Of a stretch of DNA of 64,000 nt, positions 39,251-49,146 are shown in pieces; position 1 is the stretch's first letter; every line of letters starts with the position of its first letter. This DNA comes from Candidatus Dojkabacteria bacterium (GTDB lineage: Bacteria; Patescibacteriota; Dojkabacteria; J137), in the NCBI GenBank assembly GCA_030834985.1, contig JAUQWV010000002.1:4435-68434 (forward strand), given 5' to 3'. Below the pieces are notes generated by a model. That model worked only from the letters and a program-made list of their open reading frames with translations. It was not told the DNA's origin and did no database searches. The position numbers and the translations under genes were made by a program.

Positions 39251-39814
39251 ATGGCAGTATCAAAAAATCCGCTAAAAGCTTTAAAAGATAAAGTTGCAGT
39301 AAGAACACGAGTAAAAAGAGCATTTGACAGAAAGGGTTCAGACTTAATTGTTATCGCAGGTCCAATAAGTCTAGGATTCTTTACTTTGGCATTTTTAGTA
39401 TTTTTACCTTTATTAAGAAGAGATTCTGACTGGTTAAGAGCGCTAATTGTGCTGTACGGAGCTTTTGTTGTTCTTTGGGCTTGGATGGTAATTTATGAAT
39501 TTCTAGTTAAAGGTTCAAGATTATTAGCTAACAAAAGAGTTCACAACTATAGTCAGCTTGCTGCTTTAAACACAATTTTGGGCTTAGCCTTTCCATTATT
39601 TGTTCTTAACTCTGTAAAAGCAATTGTTGTTAATACACTTAGTGAATTTACCTATTTTGGCACAGCAATTTGTGAAATTAGACTCTCTTTGGTTAGATTT
39701 TATTATGCATCTAACATTTACGAGCAAATAAATAGTGTTATATTTTGGATAGTTGTACTATCGCTAGTCTTGCTGATTATCGGTGGCCTCTTTGAGAGAG
39801 TATTCAAGAAGTAA
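39251..39814 (+). CDS. Hypothetical 4-TM membrane protein
   Basis: Four hydrophobic stretches, host-like codon usage. Confidence 0.7.
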   Translation: MAVSKNPLKALKDKVAVRTRVKRAFDRKGSDLIVIAGPISLGFFTLAFLVFLPLLRRDSDWLRALIVLYGAFVVLWAWMVIYEFLVKGSRLLANKRVHNYSQLAALNTILGLAFPLFVLNSVKAIVVNTLSEFTYFGTAICEIRLSLVRFYYASNIYEQINSVIFWIVVLSLVLLIIGGLFERVFKK

Positions 39815-39854
39815 TGGGAATATATGAATTAGAGCAGCTTATAGCCAATTCGCT

Positions 39855-41039
39855 CTACTGATTTATAACTATATCTAGAGTTGGAAATTCATTATAAGCA
39901 ATAAATGCTAACATTGCCCCTCCGCCGGTAGATATGTGATTGAATCCCGTTAAGCCTAGTTTGTTGATTGCGGCAATTGAATCGCCGCCGCCGGCAAGTT
40001 TGTAAGCAGAAGAATTCTGCGAAATAGCTTTGCCAACCGCTAAAGTGCCGGCGGCAGAAGTTTCCCATTCAAAAACCCCCATTGGACCATTCCATAAAAT
40101 GTTTTTTGCTCCAGAAATTGTTTGCACAAAAAGTTCGGTTGTTTTTGAGCCAATATCAATTGCTACTGTATTATCAGGTACTTGTTCGTCTAATGTAACG
40201 TGTGCTGATTTTGAGGCAACTTCATTAAATTCACTTGCAATTAAATGATCAACTGGCAGCACTAACTTATTCTCATAGTTGTTTAAAATTTCTTTAGCTA
40301 GACTTAATTTATCTTCTTCATAAAGTGAATTACCAATATTTACTCCTTTAGCTTTTAATAGTGTATAAGCCATTGCACCACCTATAACAACTTTTTCAGA
40401 AATCTCTGCCAATGCTTTTAAGGCATCTAACTTTTCAGATAACTTTGCACCTCCTAAAACGGAAACTAAATTGGCAGCGTTAGAAAATTTAGATAAAGCT
40501 TCAACTTCTTCAATAAATTTATATCCTAAATAACTTGGTAAGATTTTAGCTATGTCATAAGTAGATGCAGATTCTCTATAATCAGCAAATGCATCGTTCA
40601 CAAAAACTTCTCCAAATTGTGCAAGGTCTTTTGCAAAATTCATTCTAGTATCAGGATCTTTACTTTCTTCTTCTTTAAAAAATCTTATATTGTCTCCTAA
40701 AATTATTTTAGCCTCAAGATTTTTGGGGCTATTCTGGAATAGAACAAACTCAATTTCTTGACCTAGCTTTTCTTGAAGAACTTGATGAACATTCCAAAAG
40801 CTTAGTTCTTTGGAATAACTTTCAGGACGCCCCAAATGGGCAAGTATCGTTACTTGTTTAGCATTCTCAGCAAGATATTTAATTGTTTTTATTGATTCAT
40901 CTATTCTTGTTGCATCTATAACTTTCCCTTCTTTATCTACTGTAACATTAAGACATGCTCTTAATACAATACGTTTATTTTTTAAGTCTGCAATCTTATC
41001 TACTGAAAAATTTTGCAGATCACCACTTAGTTGATACAT
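39855..41039 (-). CDS. pgk: Phosphoglycerate kinase (divergent)
   Basis: HLGRP, NIRF, VNDAF, GGAKLSEKL, WNGPMGVFE, GGGDS, HISTGGGA. Confidence 0.93.
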   Translation of the reverse strand: MYQLSGDLQNFSVDKIADLKNKRIVLRACLNVTVDKEGKVIDATRIDESIKTIKYLAENAKQVTILAHLGRPESYSKELSFWNVHQVLQEKLGQEIEFVLFQNSPKNLEAKIILGDNIRFFKEEESKDPDTRMNFAKDLAQFGEVFVNDAFADYRESASTYDIAKILPSYLGYKFIEEVEALSKFSNAANLVSVLGGAKLSEKLDALKALAEISEKVVIGGAMAYTLLKAKGVNIGNSLYEEDKLSLAKEILNNYENKLVLPVDHLIASEFNEVASKSAHVTLDEQVPDNTVAIDIGSKTTELFVQTISGAKNILWNGPMGVFEWETSAAGTLAVGKAISQNSSAYKLAGGGDSIAAINKLGLTGFNHISTGGGAMLAFIAYNEFPTLDIVINQ

Positions 41040-41049
41040 AGTTGTTTAC

Positions 41050-42075
41050 TTATAGATTTGAGTTTTTAACTACAGTTTCAATTAACTCTGCCATTCTATT
41101 TGAGTATCCCCATTCGTTGTCATACCAAGCAACAAGTTTAAAGAACCTAGGATTAAGTTCAATAGAAGCAGATGCGTCGTAAGTGCTTGAATAGGTATCA
41201 TGCGTAAAGTCACTTGAAACAACAGGATCTTCTGTATATTCTAGTATGCCTTTTAGGTATGTCTCACTAGCATTTTTCATTAGTTTATTAATTTCTTCTA
41301 AGCTAGTATCACGTGTTGTCCTAAAAGTTAAATCAATAACGGATCCTACAGCTACAGGTACTCTAAATGCCATTCCTGTAAGCTTTCCTTTTAAGTCAGG
41401 AAAGATTTCTCCCATCGACTTAGCTGCGCCTGATGTTGTAGGCACAATATTTGCAGCGGCAGCTCTTCCTCTTCTAAAATCACGATGAGGTGCATCTTGT
41501 AATTCTTGATCTGCAGTGTAAGCATGAATAGTAGTCATTAAACCTTCCTCAATTCCTATTCCTTCTTTAATCAACACATGAACAACTGGTGCTAAACAGT
41601 TTGTAGTACAGCTTGCATTTGATATTAAATCTTCACTTGCATATTCAGCCTCATTAACACCCATTAAGTAAGTTCTTACATCTTCATCACTTGGTGCTGA
41701 GATAATTACTTTTTTTGCTCCAGCTCGAATGTGACCTGCAGCATCAATCTTTTTTGTGAATGCTCCGGTTGATTCTACAACTATATCAATACCAAGATCT
41801 TTCCATGGTAGTTCTTCTGGCTTAACTTTCATTGATAAAGCTTTGATTGGTTTACCGTCAACTTCAATTGTATTTGCATCTACTGCTTTTATGGTACTTT
41901 TTAATTTACCATGTACTGTATCGTATTTAAGAAGATAAGCTAAGTTTTCTGCTCCAACTAAATCATTAACTGCAACAACTTCTATTAGTCCATCAAAAAA
42001 GTTTTTTTCAAGTAGCGCTCTATAAACTAATCGACCAATTCTTCCAAACCCATTAATAGCAACTTTAACTGCCAT
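41050..42075 (-). CDS. gap: Type I glyceraldehyde-3-phosphate dehydrogenase
   Basis: INGFGRIGR, SNASCTTNCLAP, AWYDNEWGYS. ATG 42075 preferred. Confidence 0.98.
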   Translation of the reverse strand: MAVKVAINGFGRIGRLVYRALLEKNFFDGLIEVVAVNDLVGAENLAYLLKYDTVHGKLKSTIKAVDANTIEVDGKPIKALSMKVKPEELPWKDLGIDIVVESTGAFTKKIDAAGHIRAGAKKVIISAPSDEDVRTYLMGVNEAEYASEDLISNASCTTNCLAPVVHVLIKEGIGIEEGLMTTIHAYTADQELQDAPHRDFRRGRAAAANIVPTTSGAAKSMGEIFPDLKGKLTGMAFRVPVAVGSVIDLTFRTTRDTSLEEINKLMKNASETYLKGILEYTEDPVVSSDFTHDTYSSTYDASASIELNPRFFKLVAWYDNEWGYSNRMAELIETVVKNSNL

Positions 42076-42164
42076 AGTGCAAACATAATATTTAAATTTC
42101 ACTTCATTCTAAATCTTTATGTGTATAATGGTCAATATAAAGATAGTTCTTAACGTTATTAAAC

Positions 42165-42824
42165 ATGTTGCTGCTTAATCTAAAGACTTATCCAGAGTCA
42201 ACACAAGGTAATGCTAAAAATTTATTAGACGTTGTAAATAACGTTATTACTGAAAATCCAAGTATAAAAGATAGAATAATAGTTTTGCCGGCTGCAACAG
42301 ATCTATTTTGGGTTAAGCAGAATTATCCTAATTTAATAATAGCTGCACAGCATGTTGATAATGTTGCAGCCGGCAAAAGCACAGGAGGAATTCCAGCTGA
42401 GTTAATTTTATCTTATGGCATTGAATATAGTTTATATAATCATAGCGAGAAAAGAGTAAATACTGACACTATAGTTGAAGATATTAAAGCTATTCAATCT
42501 AAAGGCTTAAAGTTGATTATATGCTGTGAAAATTCTACAGAGGCAAAGACAATAATGCAGGCAGAACCTTTTTCTATTGCTTACGAAACGCCTGATTTAA
42601 TAGGAAGTGGCATTTCAGTAACAACAAGACCTGAAGCTGTAAAAGAATTTGTTGATTCAGTTGCAGGTCAAAAGAATATTTTGATTGGTGCAGGTGTAAC
42701 AACAGGTGAAGATGTAAATAAATCTATTGAACTGGGCGCCGAAGGGGTTTTAGTTGCTTCAGCTTTTGTTAAGGCAGAAGATCCTTATCAAAAACTAAAA
42801 GAGCTTGTTCAACCGTGGTTATAA
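42165..42824 (+). CDS. tpiA: Triosephosphate isomerase, short archaeal-type
   Basis: NLKTY, AQHVD, NHSEKR, AYETPDLIGSG, GAGV, GVLVASAFVKA; 219 aa. Confidence 0.92.
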   Translation: MLLLNLKTYPESTQGNAKNLLDVVNNVITENPSIKDRIIVLPAATDLFWVKQNYPNLIIAAQHVDNVAAGKSTGGIPAELILSYGIEYSLYNHSEKRVNTDTIVEDIKAIQSKGLKLIICCENSTEAKTIMQAEPFSIAYETPDLIGSGISVTTRPEAVKEFVDSVAGQKNILIGAGVTTGEDVNKSIELGAEGVLVASAFVKAEDPYQKLKELVQPWL

Positions 42825-42858
42825 GTATATTATATTAATATATTAGTAATTTAAATTT

Positions 42859-43929
42859 ATGAATTATTCCGAGATCCAGACTCTTTTGGCAGATAAGGCA
42901 GACTACTTATTAAATTTTAAATCTCAAACTTTTCAAGAACAGCAGTTTTATGTACCTTCACCTAATTGGCCAAACGATATTATGTCTTATTCCGATAGAA
43001 ATAATAGAGTGGTAGAACATTTAAATTTGCTTTATAAAACTGGAAGATTAGGCGGTTCTGGATATTTATCTATATTACCGATCGATCAAGGAATAGAGCA
43101 TTCTGCGGGGGCGAGCTTTGCCGCAAACCCTATGTATTTTGACCCAGAGAATATTGCAAAGCTCGCCTTAGAAGCAGGCAGCAGTGCAGTAGCTTCAACA
43201 TTGGGGGTATTGGGTTTAGTAAGTAAAAAATATGCCGACAAAATTCCTTTTATTGTTAAATTAAACCACAATGAACTTTTAACTTATCCAAATAAGCACG
43301 ATCAGATTTTCTTTGGACAAGTGCAGCAGGCATACGATATGGGAGCAAAAGGAGTTGGTGCCACAATATACTTTGGTTCCAAAGAATCCAATAGGCAGCT
43401 TCAAGAAGTATCGCAGGCATTTGCAGAAGCTCATAGATTAGGAATGTTTACTGTTTTATGGTGTTACGTTCGAAATCCGGGGTTTAAAAAAGATGGAGTA
43501 AATTATGAATTATCTGCAGATATTACAGGCCAAGCTAATCATTTAGGTGTGACAATTGAAGCAGATATTATTAAACAAAAATTACCAGAACTTAACGGCG
43601 GATTTAAGGCTTTAAGTACAGCAGAATCTTCATACGGAAAATTAGAAGAAAGAATATATACTCAATTATCAAGTGATCATCCAATAGACTTAGCTAAGTA
43701 CCAAGTAGCTAACTGCTATATGGGTAAAATTCCTTTAATCAGTTCAGGAGGTGCAAGTGGACAGAATGATTTAAAAGAAGCAGTCGAATTAGCAGTTATT
43801 AACAAACGTGCAGGAGGAAGCGGCTTGATTTTAGGCAGAAAGGCATTTCAGCATTCTCTTGAAGAAGGTATTAAAATCATAAATGCGGTACAAGATGTTT
43901 ACTTATCACAGGAAATAACAATTGCATAA
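42859..43929 (+). CDS. fbaB: Class I fructose-bisphosphate aldolase (FbaB/DhnA)
   Basis: [44 protein letters not shown]. Confidence 0.96.
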   Translation: MNYSEIQTLLADKADYLLNFKSQTFQEQQFYVPSPNWPNDIMSYSDRNNRVVEHLNLLYKTGRLGGSGYLSILPIDQGIEHSAGASFAANPMYFDPENIAKLALEAGSSAVASTLGVLGLVSKKYADKIPFIVKLNHNELLTYPNKHDQIFFGQVQQAYDMGAKGVGATIYFGSKESNRQLQEVSQAFAEAHRLGMFTVLWCYVRNPGFKKDGVNYELSADITGQANHLGVTIEADIIKQKLPELNGGFKALSTAESSYGKLEERIYTQLSSDHPIDLAKYQVANCYMGKIPLISSGGASGQNDLKEAVELAVINKRAGGSGLILGRKAFQHSLEEGIKIINAVQDVYLSQEITIA

Positions 43930-43951
43930 TCTAACTTTCAAAATACCACAA

Positions 43952-44878
43952 ATGAACCCTTCTGGAAGGGTGGTTATTGTTGGCGCCGGCATGGTCGGCT
44001 CATCATCAGCTTATTGCTTGTTAATGCAAGAAGTTACTAAAGAGATTCTAATTATAGATATCGATGAGGATATGGCAAGAGCACAGGTCTTAGATATGCA
44101 TGATGCAGCTAATTTTACTAACGGCGCAGAAATTAAATATGCTACATATAATGATTTAGCTGATGGAGATATTGTTGTAATAACTGCCGGCGCCGCACAA
44201 AAAGAGGGCCAAAGCCGCCTAGATTTATTAAATACTAATGTAAAAATAATTAAGGATATTGTTGGGAAGATAAAAGACACAGAAAAAAAAGTATATATAC
44301 TTATGATTACAAATCCTGTTGATGTATTAACATATATTGCTGCAAAGGAATCGGGCTTGCCTAAAGGAATGGTATTTGGAAGCGGAACATTTTTAGATAC
44401 TGCTAGATTAAGAGGAATGCTCCACGAGGATTTAGGCGTTAATCCAATAAATGTTCATGCATATATTCTTGGCGAACATGGTGATAGTTCTTTTCCGGTA
44501 TTAAGTAGTGCCAACATTGGAGGAGTATCTTTATCAAATATTGTAAACGTTGACGAAGCTTACAGAAAAGAAACAGCAACTCGAGTTCGAGAAACTGCAT
44601 ACAAAATTATTGAAAGTAAAAAAGCAACATATTATGGAATAGGAGCTGCTGTTTCAAAAATATGCAGAGCAATAATTAGAGATGAGAATAGAATAATACC
44701 CCTAAGTGTAGTATTAGAAGGTGAATATGAACTCAGCGATTTAGCTATAGGTGTACCGGCCAAACTAGGATCAAAAGGTGTGGATGTGTATAAGGAAATA
44801 TCCTTAGATGATAATGAAAGAGAACTTCTAAAAAAATCTGCTGATATAATTAAACAAGCTATCTCACAAGTTAAGTAA
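43952..44878 (+). CDS. ldh: L-lactate dehydrogenase
   Basis: GAGMVG, AGAAQKEGQSRLDL (Gln specificity residue of LDH), TNPVD, LDTAR, GEHGDS. Confidence 0.93.
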   Translation: MNPSGRVVIVGAGMVGSSSAYCLLMQEVTKEILIIDIDEDMARAQVLDMHDAANFTNGAEIKYATYNDLADGDIVVITAGAAQKEGQSRLDLLNTNVKIIKDIVGKIKDTEKKVYILMITNPVDVLTYIAAKESGLPKGMVFGSGTFLDTARLRGMLHEDLGVNPINVHAYILGEHGDSSFPVLSSANIGGVSLSNIVNVDEAYRKETATRVRETAYKIIESKKATYYGIGAAVSKICRAIIRDENRIIPLSVVLEGEYELSDLAIGVPAKLGSKGVDVYKEISLDDNERELLKKSADIIKQAISQVK

Positions 44879-44886
44879 CAAATAAT

Positions 44887-45180
44887 ATGACAGATGATAT
44901 TCCCAATATTCCTTTGGATGATAATGGAATTCCACAGGTAAGTCCTGAAGTTAAAAAAGATTTAGAATCGGCTTTAGAAAGTGCATTAAATGGTAAGCCT
45001 GCGATATTTGGGCCTTACCTCTTTTCTAATATCGTGTATAGCTATAAAGAAGGTGAAGATAAATATTATTCAGATTCTGGTAGATTAATATACCCAATAA
45101 CAGAGTACTGGGTATATTTAGATTCTAGAGATGGAATTATGTACGATATTGTTCCTATTAAAGATAGGCTTAATTTATAG
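44887..45180 (+). CDS. Hypothetical protein, 97 aa
   Basis: ORF 8 nt after ldh with host-like codon usage; no recognised motif. Confidence 0.65.
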   Translation: MTDDIPNIPLDDNGIPQVSPEVKKDLESALESALNGKPAIFGPYLFSNIVYSYKEGEDKYYSDSGRLIYPITEYWVYLDSRDGIMYDIVPIKDRLNL

Positions 45181-46422
45181 TTCTTCAGAAATCCTTAAGA
45201 TCTCATTGTATTTTGCTGTTCTTTCCCCGCGGCTTGGTGCACCTGTTTTAATTTGTCCGCAACCTGTTCCTACAGCAATATGACTTATTGTGACGTCTTC
45301 AGTTTCTCCACTTCGGTGTGATAATACGTTATTCCAGCCTGCATCTGCAGCCATCCGCATAGCCTTTAACGTTTCTGTTAGTGAGCCAATTTGATTAACT
45401 TTTACAAGCAGAGCATTACAAGCTTTTTGCGCAATTGCTTCTTCAATTCTGCTAGTATTAGTTACTAATAAGTCGTCACCTACTATTTGTAGTTTGTCGC
45501 CAACTTTTGCAGTGAATGTACCCCAGCTTGCCCAATCATCTTCAGAAAATGGATCTTCAATGCTTATAAATGGATATTTTTCTACCCAACCTAATACAGT
45601 GTTTAGCCATTCTTCTTTTGATAATTCTCGATTTTCTGTTTTTAAAGTATATGTTCCTTTTTCTGAGTTATAGAATTCACTTGATGCAACATCTAGTGCA
45701 AAGAATACATCGGTACCCATTTTATATCCGGCAGCTTCAACTGCAGCAGTAATATTTTCCAAAGCTTCCTCATTGTTTTTAAATCCAGGAGCAAATCCAC
45801 CTTCATTCCCAACGTTAATGCTCATACCTTTATCTTTTAAGATCTTTTCTAAATGTAAGAAGATCTCACACCCTGCTCTTAACTGATCTACGTATTCCAT
45901 ATTTGGCATTACAACCATAAATTCCTGAATATCTGTTGACCAGTTTGCATGTTTACCTCCATTCATTATATTAAACATGGGTCTTGGTAATGTTATTTGG
46001 GGATTACCAAAAAGGTCATTGACATGTTTAAATAATGGAACTCCTTTAGATGCTGCCACAGCTTTTGTAAAAGCTAAAGATACGCCTAGAATTGCATTTG
46101 CTCCTAAGTTTGATTTAGTTTCAGTTCCGTCTAAAGCAATTAATGCATTGTCTAACTCTTCTTGTGAATTAAATTCTTTACCAACAATTGCATTAGCAAT
46201 TGTTGTCTTAACATTTTCAACTGCTTTTAATACACCTTTACCTAAAAAATTAGATTTATCTCCATCTCTTAATTCCAAAGCTTCGTGAGTTCCTGTAGAA
46301 GCACCGCTAGGTACAGCAGCTCTTCCAAATGAACCATCTTCTAAATATAAATCAACTTCGACTGTTGGAGTTGCTCTTGAATCTATAATTTGTCTAGCAT
46401 GAACTTTTGTAATTTTAGCCAT
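45175..46422 (-). CDS. eno: Enolase
   Basis: DSRATPTVEV, PSGASTG, EGGFAP, VGDDL, KVNQIG, SHRSGETED. Confidence 0.98.
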   Translation of the reverse strand: MAKITKVHARQIIDSRATPTVEVDLYLEDGSFGRAAVPSGASTGTHEALELRDGDKSNFLGKGVLKAVENVKTTIANAIVGKEFNSQEELDNALIALDGTETKSNLGANAILGVSLAFTKAVAASKGVPLFKHVNDLFGNPQITLPRPMFNIMNGGKHANWSTDIQEFMVVMPNMEYVDQLRAGCEIFLHLEKILKDKGMSINVGNEGGFAPGFKNNEEALENITAAVEAAGYKMGTDVFFALDVASSEFYNSEKGTYTLKTENRELSKEEWLNTVLGWVEKYPFISIEDPFSEDDWASWGTFTAKVGDKLQIVGDDLLVTNTSRIEEAIAQKACNALLVKVNQIGSLTETLKAMRMAADAGWNNVLSHRSGETEDVTISHIAVGTGCGQIKTGAPSRGERTAKYNEILRISEEL

Positions 46423-46568
46423 AATAAAAATTGGTGTAACAAATATTTATCTTCTGTGAGTGTTAGTAACAAATTATAATCGCTTTAAAAGAATTAGTCA
46501 TCTAATAATAGAATTATTAGATGAAATGATTTAAAATTCCCTTTGATTATAAATATTAAAACTTGAAT

Positions 46569-47987
46569 ATGGATTTTTCCAAAAAGACAAAGATTGTGTG
46601 CACAATCGGGCCCTCAAGCTGGGATCCCGAGGTGATGAGAAAAATGATTGAAGCTGGTATGAATGTTGCAAGAGTAAATGGAGCATTTGCTGATGAGGCT
46701 GAGCTGGATAAAGTTACTAAACTTGTAAGAGATGTATCTGATGAAGTAGCTTTAATGATGGATATTAAAGGGCCAGAGGTAAGAATGAATAAGTTTGTAG
46801 AGCCAAAGCAGATTAAAGCAGGGGATCAAGTTGTTATAGGAAATACTGAAGCAGATGCAATTTATCCTGCTAACTATAAAGACTTATACACTTACCTAAA
46901 ACCAGGACAAAGATTAGTCGTTGGTGATGGAGATGTTGAATTAGTATTAAAAGAGATTCAAGGAGATAAAATGATTACAGAAGTAGTATTTGGTGAAGTA
47001 TTAAAACCAGGTAAAGCTTTAAATTTACCTGGAGCTAACTTTACTACATCTGCATTAACTGAAAAAGATATTATCAATTTAAAACATTCAATTTCGTTAG
47101 GCTGGGATTTTGTTTCTGCATCTTTTGTACAAAGTGCAGAATCTGCAAGAGAAATTAAAAAATATCTTGAAGGTTCAAGCATGAAGCTAATTGCAAAAAT
47201 TGAAGATGCAGAAGGTGTAAAAAATATTGAGGAAATTCTAGAAGAAGTAGAAGGCATAATGATTGCTCGAGGAGGTTTAGGAGTTGAATTAGGTTTAGAA
47301 AAAGTTCCAATGGTAGAAAAACTTTTAATAGAAAAGGCTACGACCGTTGGAAAACCAGTAATAACAGCAACTCAATTACTTGAGTCAATGACATATAACC
47401 CAAGACCAACAAGAGCTGAAGTAAATGATGTGGCGATGGCAGTTTTAATGGGTTCAGACTCAGTTATGTTATCAGGTGAAAGCTCTGCAGGAAAATATCC
47501 TGTTGAAGCTGTAAAAGAATTAACTAAAATATCTTTAGAGATTGAAAAACATATTGAGCCTGAGATAATGAAAACTAGAGCTTCAGCTTCAATAGTAGGA
47601 GATGCCATAACCAAAGCGGCTGCAGAAATGTGCATAAGTATGGAAACTCATATTGATGTAGTAATTATTGCTTCCAGAACGGGATCAACTCCAAGATTAT
47701 TAGGAAGGCATAGAATAAAACAACCGATCTATGCATTTGTAAGCGATAGTGCATATGCTAGAAGATTATCATTAAGTAAAGGAATAAATAGAGTGTTTAC
47801 TTTTGCAAAAACTTTTAAAGATAGAGATTTAGCAATAAACGAACTTGTTAAGGAGAGTTTAAGACTAGGAATTGTTACTAACGAATCTAGAATTTTATTT
47901 ATAGGTAAAGGTCCTATAGATGGCGGAAGCTACTTCCCAAATCTATTTGAAGTAATTAAGGTTGGAGATGTTATTCAGCAAAGTTAA
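46569..47987 (+). CDS. pyk: Pyruvate kinase with non-canonical active-site residues
   Basis: KTKIVCTIGP, KGPEVR, AKIE, ATQLLESM, PTRAEVND, MLSGES. ARGGLG replaces canonical ARGDLG. Confidence 0.92.
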   Translation: MDFSKKTKIVCTIGPSSWDPEVMRKMIEAGMNVARVNGAFADEAELDKVTKLVRDVSDEVALMMDIKGPEVRMNKFVEPKQIKAGDQVVIGNTEADAIYPANYKDLYTYLKPGQRLVVGDGDVELVLKEIQGDKMITEVVFGEVLKPGKALNLPGANFTTSALTEKDIINLKHSISLGWDFVSASFVQSAESAREIKKYLEGSSMKLIAKIEDAEGVKNIEEILEEVEGIMIARGGLGVELGLEKVPMVEKLLIEKATTVGKPVITATQLLESMTYNPRPTRAEVNDVAMAVLMGSDSVMLSGESSAGKYPVEAVKELTKISLEIEKHIEPEIMKTRASASIVGDAITKAAAEMCISMETHIDVVIIASRTGSTPRLLGRHRIKQPIYAFVSDSAYARRLSLSKGINRVFTFAKTFKDRDLAINELVKESLRLGIVTNESRILFIGKGPIDGGSYFPNLFEVIKVGDVIQQS

Positions 47988-48007
47988 TTAACTTTGTAGA
48001 AAGTTTG

Positions 48008-48030
48008 AGGGCGCACCGTAGGTGCGCCCT
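48008..48030. terminator. Perfect hairpin between convergent pyk and array gene 1, probably a bidirectional terminator
   Basis: AGGGCGCACC-GTA-GGTGCGCCCT, followed by TTATTT on the plus strand. Confidence 0.75.
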
Positions 48031-48048
48031 TTATTTATGTTGAAGCCC

Positions 48049-48324
48049 TTATGCAGGGACTTCTTGAAGGTTTGACAACTCGACAAACTCGTCAGGCGCA
48101 TCAGCTCGTTGAACGAACTTTGCTCCTGTCTCTGGTTCTATGATCACCACACCGGTGATTTGAGAACCGGGTGACAAGAACTCACCTTTCGCAGTAAATG
48201 TTGAGTTGATTGTCCTGATTTGCCCCCCATAGTCAAACGTGCCACCTACTATGTCCCGCTTTGTGTATAACGGTACCATAGTAAGCCCTTGTTTGACTTG
48301 GTACTTGCGCGCATCATCTGTCAT
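48049..48324 (-). CDS. Small SH3-like protein, array unit 1 (91 aa)
   Basis: AGGAGG 5 nt before ATG; promoter TGATATAAT 48363-48355; beta-rich sequence ending EFVELSNL. Confidence 0.8.
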   Translation of the reverse strand: MTDDARKYQVKQGLTMVPLYTKRDIVGGTFDYGGQIRTINSTFTAKGEFLSPGSQITGVVIIEPETGAKFVQRADAPDEFVELSNLQEVPA

Positions 48325-48432
48325 TATGTCCTCCTAAAATATTGATGCATACTCATTATATCATTTTTTTTGGGCATTTGAGCGTAAGGTGATCAGATAA
48401 GCATCTCTATAAGTCTTAATAAAGAAAGGTTT

Positions 48433-48461
48433 TGTTGTCGGCGAGCTACTCGCCGACAACA
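48433..48461 (-). terminator. Perfect 13-bp hairpin after array unit 2
   Basis: TGTTGTCGGCGAG-CTA-CTCGCCGACAACA (plus-strand reading), 7 nt beyond the stop codon. Confidence 0.7.
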
Positions 48462-48468
48462 GGTGTGC

Positions 48469-48708
48469 TTACGCGGCAACGGGGTTTGCTTCAAAATCTT
48501 CTACCTTGATGGCGATTTCAAGTCCTTCGCCACCTACAAAAGGTAGGACAGATTTGACCGAGGCTAGACCTTCGTTGCCGTGGGGCGCGTCCAACTCGAC
48601 CTGCAAGAAGGTCCGTTCGCTCAGTGTTTGAGGGAAGGCGATAAATTCTTGCAGATGTTTGTTAAACCAATAAATGGATGCGCCGTTTTTGTTTACCTTG
48701 ACTTCCAT
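48469..48708 (-). CDS. Small SH3-like protein, array unit 2 (79 aa)
   Basis: GGAGG 5 nt before ATG 48708; promoter TGATAAAAT 48747-48739; ends IAIKVEDF. Confidence 0.78.
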   Translation of the reverse strand: MEVKVNKNGASIYWFNKHLQEFIAFPQTLSERTFLQVELDAPHGNEGLASVKSVLPFVGGEGLEIAIKVEDFEANPVAA

Positions 48709-48794
48709 GGTTTCCTCCACGAGATATTCAGGTAATGGATTTTATCACAATGTCGCTTGAAAGTATTGACAGACTATTGTTATAGAAAAGTTAA

Positions 48795-48826
48795 GAAGGT
48801 TGCACTGATAAGTCAGTGCAACCTTC
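48795..48826 (-). terminator. Perfect 14-bp hairpin after array unit 3
   Basis: GAAGGTTGCACTGA-TAAG-TCAGTGCAACCTTC (plus-strand reading), 7 nt beyond the stop codon. Confidence 0.7.
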
Positions 48827-48833
48827 AAAGACG

Positions 48834-49055
48834 TTATACGCTCGCGAGAGCGCTTACGTCCTTTTTCAGGACATAGGAGGGCTGTTTGGCCCCCACTACT
48901 TTGAGAAACGGACTGTCGTTTGTATCTTCGACAACAATTTCTCTCCCACACGGGATTTTAACGCTCCCATACGGGGTGAAGGTCTGCCGCCCTCCTGCCT
49001 TAAAATATGTTTGAGCGCCTTTCTGGGCAGTAACTACTACCTTCGTGCTGTTCAT
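48834..49055 (-). CDS. Small SH3-like protein, array unit 3 (73 aa)
   Basis: AGGGAGAG upstream of ATG 49055; TTGTAA-16 nt-TAACAT promoter with TG extension (49130-49103); ends SYVLKKDV. Confidence 0.75.
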   Translation of the reverse strand: MNSTKVVVTAQKGAQTYFKAGGRQTFTPYGSVKIPCGREIVVEDTNDSPFLKVVGAKQPSYVLKKDVSALASV

Positions 49056-49146
49056 TTTTCTTACTCTCCCTTTCGAGGAAGAACACAATGAGCGATAGGA
49101 GAATGTTAACACTTTTATAGAGAATTACAAGCTTTAAGAAGCTTTC

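Noticed and set aside
48008-48030. GTA-loop hairpin as a DGR target cruciform
   Set aside because: No reverse transcriptase and no TR/VR pair with adenine-specific differences seen in the window.
44887-48324. Shared MTDD N-terminus of 44887..45180 and 48049..48324
   Set aside because: No similarity beyond four residues and different base composition; coincidence.
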